DNA of 64,000 nt from an uncultured bacterium (GTDB taxonomy: Bacteria; Desulfobacterota; DSM-4660; Desulfatiglandales; JALVMZ01). The position numbers and the translations under genes were made by a program. Below the pieces are notes generated by a model. That model was not told the origin of the DNA. It saw only the letters and a program-made list of their open reading frames with translations, and ran no database searches. Below are positions 58,786 to 64,000 of this stretch, in pieces (within the stretch, counting starts at the first letter, position 1; every line of letters starts with the position of its first letter). The DNA lies in the NCBI GenBank assembly GCA_965613025.1, contig CBFDUE010000003.1:3363-67362 (forward strand), written 5' to 3'.

Positions 58786-60398
58786 AATCCCTCATTTAGT
58801 GTCTCATAGAAGTCATTTCCCTTATCATCAATTATTAAAAACGCTGGAAAGTCTTCAACTTCTATCATATATATGGCCTCCATTCCAAGCTCTTCATAAT
58901 CCAGCAATCTCATATCCTTGATGCATTCTTTTCCGATTCGTGCAGCCGCTCCTCCGATGGAACCCAGATAGAATCCTCCATATCTTTTACATGAATCCTT
59001 AACCATAGGGGATCTATTACCCTTACCCACCATCACCAAGGATATACCCTGTTTTTGAAATTCGGGCACATAGGGGTCCATCCTGGCAGAGGTGGTAGGT
59101 CCAAAAGAGCCCGATGGGTATCCAGGAACTGTCTTTGCAGGGCCTGCATAGTATATAGGATATTCAAAAAGATATGAGGGGAGTGATTCCCCTCTCTTAA
59201 GCCTATTTAGGATCTTGGAATGAGCCATATCGCGTGCAACTACCATATGGCCTTTAAGCCTAAGCCTTGCCCCCACTGGAACCTTTGAAAGCTCTTCTCT
59301 TAGATGAGTCATTCCTTTGTCCATATTAATCTCATATGCATTTTCCATATCCTCAAAGGAAGAGGTGGGAAGAAAGCGGGCAGGATCTTCTTCAAGCCTC
59401 TCTAAGAAGATTCCTTCATCAGATATGTATCCTAAGATATTTCTGTGTGCAGAACAACTCACCCCTATCCCCACAAAGCAGGAGGCTCCATGCCTTGGAA
59501 GCCTGAGTGCGCGAGCTTCAATTGCAAAATATCTTCCTCCAAATTGTGCACCGATTCCCAGATCCTTTGCCTTTTCAATAAGCCATTTTTCAAATTCTCT
59601 ATCCCTAAATGCCAGGGATCTACCGCCCTCTTTGGGAAGAGAGTCCAGATATCCGGCAGAAGCAAGCTTTACCGTCTTTAGATTAAACTCAGGAGATGTT
59701 CCACCCACTACCACCACTAAGTGATACGGGGGGCATGCAGCAGTTCCTATCTCCTTGATCTTTTCACCTATAAATTCCTTTAAGGCCCTTTCATTTAATA
59801 TGGCCTTGGATTTCTGAAATAGATAGGTCTTGTTGGAAGACCCCCCTCCCTTTGCAATAAAGAGAAATGAATATCTATCACCTCCGCTTGCTTCAATCTC
59901 TATCTGAGCAGGAAGATTATTACCTGAATTCTTTTCCTCATACATTGTGGATGGAATTACCTGAGAGTAACGAAGTGGATTCTTGGTATATGCATTAGAT
60001 ATCCCTTTTAATAGGGCCTCCCTGTCATTAAATCCGGTCCAGACCATCTGCCCCTTCTTTCCAAATACAATAGCGGTTCCAGTATCTTGACATAGGGGAA
60101 AGAGCCTGCTTGATGCAATCACAGCATTTTTAATAAGTTCCAATGCCACATATCTATCGTTCTTAGAAGAGTCAGGAGCATTTAAGATCTCTTGTAATCT
60201 CCTTAGATGAGAGCTTCTGAGAAGATATGCCATATCTGTAAAGGCTGTTTCAGACAGAAGCACAAGACCTTCATAGTGAATCTTTAATATGCGGTGTCCT
60301 TCAAAATCCCCTACTTCCACATAGTCCTCTGTTATGCATCTATATGGAACATCACTATTTTCTATCTTAAAAGGTTCACTATGTAAAAGGTGCTCCAT
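58782..60398 (-). CDS. class I (Fe-S) fumarate hydratase, fused alpha/beta
   Basis: 538 aa. CQDTGTAIV motif in the N-terminal part and GxxxGGAA/ARD-type motifs in the C-terminal part. Overlaps sdhC by 4 nt. Confidence 0.9.
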   Translation of the reverse strand: MEHLLHSEPFKIENSDVPYRCITEDYVEVGDFEGHRILKIHYEGLVLLSETAFTDMAYLLRSSHLRRLQEILNAPDSSKNDRYVALELIKNAVIASSRLFPLCQDTGTAIVFGKKGQMVWTGFNDREALLKGISNAYTKNPLRYSQVIPSTMYEEKNSGNNLPAQIEIEASGGDRYSFLFIAKGGGSSNKTYLFQKSKAILNERALKEFIGEKIKEIGTAACPPYHLVVVVGGTSPEFNLKTVKLASAGYLDSLPKEGGRSLAFRDREFEKWLIEKAKDLGIGAQFGGRYFAIEARALRLPRHGASCFVGIGVSCSAHRNILGYISDEGIFLERLEEDPARFLPTSSFEDMENAYEINMDKGMTHLREELSKVPVGARLRLKGHMVVARDMAHSKILNRLKRGESLPSYLFEYPIYYAGPAKTVPGYPSGSFGPTTSARMDPYVPEFQKQGISLVMVGKGNRSPMVKDSCKRYGGFYLGSIGGAAARIGKECIKDMRLLDYEELGMEAIYMIEVEDFPAFLIIDDKGNDFYETLNEGL

Positions 60399-60406
60399 CC
60401 CCTCTT

Positions 60407-61345
60407 TTATCCCTTAAGCCTCTTCATATCATCTACAAGCCTCTTTACCGCATCCGCTGACCTTTTAAGCTCTGACATCTCTTCCTCATTTAAAGGGATC
60501 TGGATTATCTCTTCAACTCCTCCCTTTCCAAGCTTAACCGGTACACCCACAAAGAGCCCTTCAATTCCATACTCTCCTTCAAGGTATGCAGAGCAGGGCA
60601 CAATCTTTTTCTTATCCTTTAATATGGCCTCTGCCATCTCAACTGAAGCAGCAGAAGGGGCATAGTATGCACTGCCTGTCTTAAGGTATCCCACAATCTC
60701 TGCCCCCCCTTTTCTGGTTCTATCAATAAGTGCCCCAATTCTTTCCTTAGAGATAAACTCTGTAATAGGAATACCAGATACAGTGGAGAATCTGGGAAGG
60801 GGAACCATCGTATCTCCATGCCCACCAAGAACAAGAGCCTGAATATTTTCAACGGATACATTTAGCTCCATTGATATAAAGAGCCTAAATCTTGCAGAAT
60901 CTAAGATTCCTGCCATTCCCATAACTCTCTGTTTTGGAAAACCGGTTACATCCTTTACCACATGGCACATTGCATCTAAGGGATTACTTACCACAATTAC
61001 TATGGACTCTGGACAGTATCTTTTAATATTCTCTGAAACCTCCTCTACAATTTTCATGTTGGTGGAAAGAAGATCATCCCTGCTCATACCTGGCTTTCTT
61101 GCCACTCCAGCGGTAACTATCACTATATCACTTCCTTTAGAGGCCTCATACTCTGAGGTATATCCTAAGATAGCACAGTCATGCATCTCAATAGGTGCGG
61201 CTTCATACATATCTAAGGCCTTACCCTGAGGGATACCATCTAATACATCTATGAGGATTACATCTCCAAGCTCCTTCTCTGCAATCCTCATGGCAGTGGT
61301 TGCACCCACATTTCCTGCCCCAATAACTGTTATCTTAGCCTTCAT
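60407..61345 (-). CDS. mdh: malate dehydrogenase (LDH-like type)
   Basis: [15 protein letters not shown] Rossmann motif, SRDDLL and GGHGDTMVP motifs. 312 aa. Confidence 0.9.
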   Translation of the reverse strand: MKAKITVIGAGNVGATTAMRIAEKELGDVILIDVLDGIPQGKALDMYEAAPIEMHDCAILGYTSEYEASKGSDIVIVTAGVARKPGMSRDDLLSTNMKIVEEVSENIKRYCPESIVIVVSNPLDAMCHVVKDVTGFPKQRVMGMAGILDSARFRLFISMELNVSVENIQALVLGGHGDTMVPLPRFSTVSGIPITEFISKERIGALIDRTRKGGAEIVGYLKTGSAYYAPSAASVEMAEAILKDKKKIVPCSAYLEGEYGIEGLFVGVPVKLGKGGVEEIIQIPLNEEEMSELKRSADAVKRLVDDMKRLKG

Positions 61346-61363
61346 AGCAGACTCCTTAAAGCC

Positions 61364-62875
61364 CTATTTTGAATCTTCTTTAAGCCTCTTTAATGCCTCT
61401 TCAATTGCCTCATCTTCCCTCTTTATATCTTCCAGTGTCTTTGGTCTTACATGCTCTGGCTTTTCTTCAATCCCATATTTCCATTTCAAAAACTGCTCAC
61501 CAGTGGTAGGGAACAGTGCCACAATCAGGAGATCATAGTCATCTTTAATGAGGTCACCATATTTCTCTTTGACCTTAGGAAGTTCAGGTTCCAGATAGTC
61601 TGCTGGTCTTCCTGTAATAGGAGTTTCTCCCCGTTTGTAGCCTTTAAGGATCTTCTTTTGGATTTCAGGATCAACAGGTGTGGGAGTCCTTCCATATAGC
61701 CCATAGACCAGGTCTTTTACTTCATTGGTGACCATGCGGTATTTTCCAAAAAGCACATTTAGCACCGCCTGCACCCCTACTATCTGACTTGTGGGAGTAA
61801 CCAATGGGGGTGTCCCTAACTCCCTTCTGGTTATGGGTATCTCTTTCAATACCTCGGGGAGTCTATTCAGTGCCTTTGCCTCTTTAAGCTGGTTTACCAG
61901 ATTGGATATCATACCACCCGGTATCTGATGCACTAATACTCCAGTATCTATCACAGAGACCTTTTCCTTAGAAAGATAATCCCTGTACTTAGGTGCGATA
62001 CTCTCTAAGTAATCTCCCAACTCAAGAAGCAGATTCAGATCAAAGCCAGGGTCCCTTGTAGTTCCATAGAGCGCTGCAACAATTGGTTCCACCGCAGGCT
62101 GAGAAGTTCTCAATGCAAAAGGTGCAAGGCATGTATCAATTATGTCTACCCCGGCCTTAATTGCCTCCATATAGACCATAGAGGCCATACCACTGGTGTA
62201 GTGGGTGTGAAGATGTATGGGTATATCTATCTCCTTTTTAAGTTCAGCTATAAGTCTTCCCACATCAAATGGTGCCATGATACCAGCCATATCTTTTATA
62301 CAGAGGGAGTCTGCTCCCATATCTACAATCTCTTTTGCCTTTTTCTTGTAATAGTCAATGTTAAAGACATCTCCACCCATCCTTCTCTCTGTAAGGGAAT
62401 AACAGATGGCACCCTGAAAGTGCTTTCCATTTGCCTTGATTCTTTCAACTACTGTTTCAAAATTCCTTATATCATTTAGTGCATCAAACACCCTGAATAC
62501 ATCGATTCCCACCTCGCAGGCCTTATCTACAAATAGCTTTGCCACATCATCTGGATATTGTCTGTAACCCACCAAGTTCTGACCTCTCAGCAGCATGGAA
62601 AATGGGGTATTTTTTATATATTTTTTAAGGGTCCTGACTCTTTCAAAAGGGTCCTCTGCAAGAAACCGATGCATGCTGTCAAAGGTGGCTCCACCCCATA
62701 CCTCCATTGCCCAAAATCCAACACTATCCATCTTCTCTGCAATGGGTATCATATCCTCTGTTCTCATACGTGTTGCAAACAGAGACTGATGCCCATCACG
62801 GAAGGTGTTATCCTGAATCTTTACAGGATTCTTTTCCCCTTCTTCTAAGAATCTATCCATGATCCAATCCTCCAA
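61364..62875 (-). CDS. carboxyltransferase subunit (transcarboxylase 5S / OadA / PycB type) lacking a biotinyl domain
   Basis: IQDNTFRDGHQSL, HLHTHYTSGMA and the conserved CIKDMAG motif. The protein ends at 503 aa with no AMKM biotin-attachment motif. The start may be the ATG at 62860. Confidence 0.8.
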   Translation of the reverse strand: MEDWIMDRFLEEGEKNPVKIQDNTFRDGHQSLFATRMRTEDMIPIAEKMDSVGFWAMEVWGGATFDSMHRFLAEDPFERVRTLKKYIKNTPFSMLLRGQNLVGYRQYPDDVAKLFVDKACEVGIDVFRVFDALNDIRNFETVVERIKANGKHFQGAICYSLTERRMGGDVFNIDYYKKKAKEIVDMGADSLCIKDMAGIMAPFDVGRLIAELKKEIDIPIHLHTHYTSGMASMVYMEAIKAGVDIIDTCLAPFALRTSQPAVEPIVAALYGTTRDPGFDLNLLLELGDYLESIAPKYRDYLSKEKVSVIDTGVLVHQIPGGMISNLVNQLKEAKALNRLPEVLKEIPITRRELGTPPLVTPTSQIVGVQAVLNVLFGKYRMVTNEVKDLVYGLYGRTPTPVDPEIQKKILKGYKRGETPITGRPADYLEPELPKVKEKYGDLIKDDYDLLIVALFPTTGEQFLKWKYGIEEKPEHVRPKTLEDIKREDEAIEEALKRLKEDSK

Positions 62876-62976
62876 AAGATTTAATTAAGAAAGATATCTT
62901 TTATTACTTAGAGGGAGATCATGTCAATAGAATTTATGTATTTAGCGAAAGACATTCCCCTTCTCAGGTCAAAATA

Positions 62977-63573
62977 TTATTTATGACATAGGGCCTTAAT
63001 GACTTCACTGGCAAAAGCAGAGGCACTCTGTGGACCATTGGCAGTTATAATATCTCCATCCCTTTCAACGCCCTTTCCAGTATATATGGCACCTTTAGCC
63101 CTGAGCCTTGAAGCCTCTGTTGGCCAGACCGTTGCCCTCTTTCCTTTAAGGACTCCTGCATTTGCAAGGGTAACAGGTGAAATGCATATGGCACCAATCA
63201 CCTTGCCTTTGTTAAAGGCCTCTTTTAAAAGCCTATGGACTGTCTTATTGTTCCAGTATTCAGTGGCTCCAATTCCACCAACAAGAATCAGCGCATCAAA
63301 AGAGTCCATATCTATCTGGTTTACAAGTTTCTCAGGCCTGACTTTTAACCCAAGCATTCCAACAGATTCTCTTAAAGAAGAAGATGCGATCACAACCTTT
63401 GCACCCTCTGCCTTGAATAGATCATAAGGTATCTTAAATTCCTCATCCCTGAATTTGCTACTTGCAATAATCATTACTATCCCTTTTCCCTTAAGTGATT
63501 GGGCTTGACTATCATGAATAGCCCCAAAGGATATAAAGAAAAGCATTGCTAATAATAGAGATATCCTCTTCAT
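62977..63573 (-). CDS. DJ-1/PfpI-family protein with N-terminal signal peptide
   Basis: Signal peptide MKRISLLLAMLFFISFGAIHDSQA and the nucleophile-elbow motif GAICISP. Confidence 0.8.
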   Translation of the reverse strand: MKRISLLLAMLFFISFGAIHDSQAQSLKGKGIVMIIASSKFRDEEFKIPYDLFKAEGAKVVIASSSLRESVGMLGLKVRPEKLVNQIDMDSFDALILVGGIGATEYWNNKTVHRLLKEAFNKGKVIGAICISPVTLANAGVLKGKRATVWPTEASRLRAKGAIYTGKGVERDGDIITANGPQSASAFASEVIKALCHK

Positions 63574-63577
63574 GCTC

Positions 63578-64000
63578 TTACCTCCCTTTTAAATATTTTT
63601 CAGCACGCCTTATCTCCGAAATAAAACTCTTTACCTTTTTAATATCCTTCTTAAATCTTATGGGATTTCCATATATATCTTTCAGATTTGTCTTTGTGCA
63701 GCTATCTGCTCCTTCTGTCTGTGTAAATATCAGGGCATCATAGACATTTTCCGGCCCTAAGCCTCCTGCAAGTATAACCGGTATCCTGGAAACTCTGATT
63801 ATCTCTTTTGCCATGATCCAATCACACGTATCTCCTGTAATTCCCACATAACCCTTTACAGGAGAGTTATTCTTATAGGTATCAATAAGGAATATATCTG
63901 TTAAGTCCTGAAAGAGGGCTATCCAATGGAGTATCTCTTTTGCCCTGCTCTTATCAGTTTTCTTTGGAACAGGTATAGATCTCATAATAAGGAGATGAGG
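63578..64000 (-). CDS. phosphoribosylanthranilate-isomerase (TrpF)-like protein, 5'-truncated by the window edge
   Basis: GITGDTCDW...IPVILAGGLGPENV resembles the TrpF C-terminal half. The frame stays open to position 64000, and there is no RBS before the ATG at 63985. Confidence 0.5.
   Translation of the reverse strand, partial: PHLLIMRSIPVPKKTDKSRAKEILHWIALFQDLTDIFLIDTYKNNSPVKGYVGITGDTCDWIMAKEIIRVSRIPVILAGGLGPENVYDALIFTQTEGADSCTKTNLKDIYGNPIRFKKDIKKVKSFISEIRRAEKYLKGR

Noticed and set aside
1-64000. CRISPR arrays, rRNA or tRNA genes, prophage or defence islands.
   Set aside because: No regularly spaced direct repeats, no tRNA-like GC-rich cloverleaf candidates in the short intergenic regions, and no integrase, transposase, restriction, toxin-antitoxin or Cas-like ORFs were seen. 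The scan was by eye only, so tRNAscan-SE/Infernal and a defence-system HMM scan would be the decisive checks.

Overview
AT-rich, very gene-dense chromosomal window with about 65 CDS, many with start/stop overlaps of 1-20 nt. I saw no rRNA, tRNA or CRISPR array. The gene content points to a thermophilic, anaerobic sulfate/sulfite-respiring bacterium; this is inference and no species is claimed.

Gene content:
- Respiration: DsrMKJOP, a periplasmic [NiFe] hydrogenase with tetraheme cytochrome c3 and its maturation genes, and SdhCAB/Frd with class I fumarase, malate dehydrogenase and a 5S-type carboxyltransferase.
- Heat/osmoprotection: a di-myo-inositol-phosphate (DIP) biosynthesis operon and three Hsp20 genes.
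- Housekeeping: aspS, hisS, tyrS, mfd, rpoH, SurA/PpiD-type chaperones, RodZ, fba, Moco genes (moaA, mobB, two moeA) and a complete tolQRAB-pal-cpoB cluster.

Most notable observations:
1. Two copies of a ~152-bp MITE-like element, with 10-bp terminal inverted repeats, 6-bp target-site duplications and a GC-rich core that is identical in both copies.
2. One copy is inserted in frame (159 nt, 53 codons) inside the lipoprotein signal peptide of cpoB/ybgF. The other duplicates a -35-like hexamer upstream of a ClC channel gene.
3. A T9 homopolymer separates the signal peptide and lipobox of a lipoprotein gene from its body.
4. A tightly packed operon carries two Hsp20 genes, a diadenylate-cyclase-like gene with an RHM variant motif, a 70-aa ORF and PpiD. 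It lies divergent from a third Hsp20 gene and next to a MIPS, IPCT/DIPPS and HD-like gene cluster.
5. A 57-aa ORF in the Moco cluster is absent from the ORF track.

I did not find a convincing new multi-gene system such as a defence island. The novelty here is mostly the mobile element and the operon contexts.
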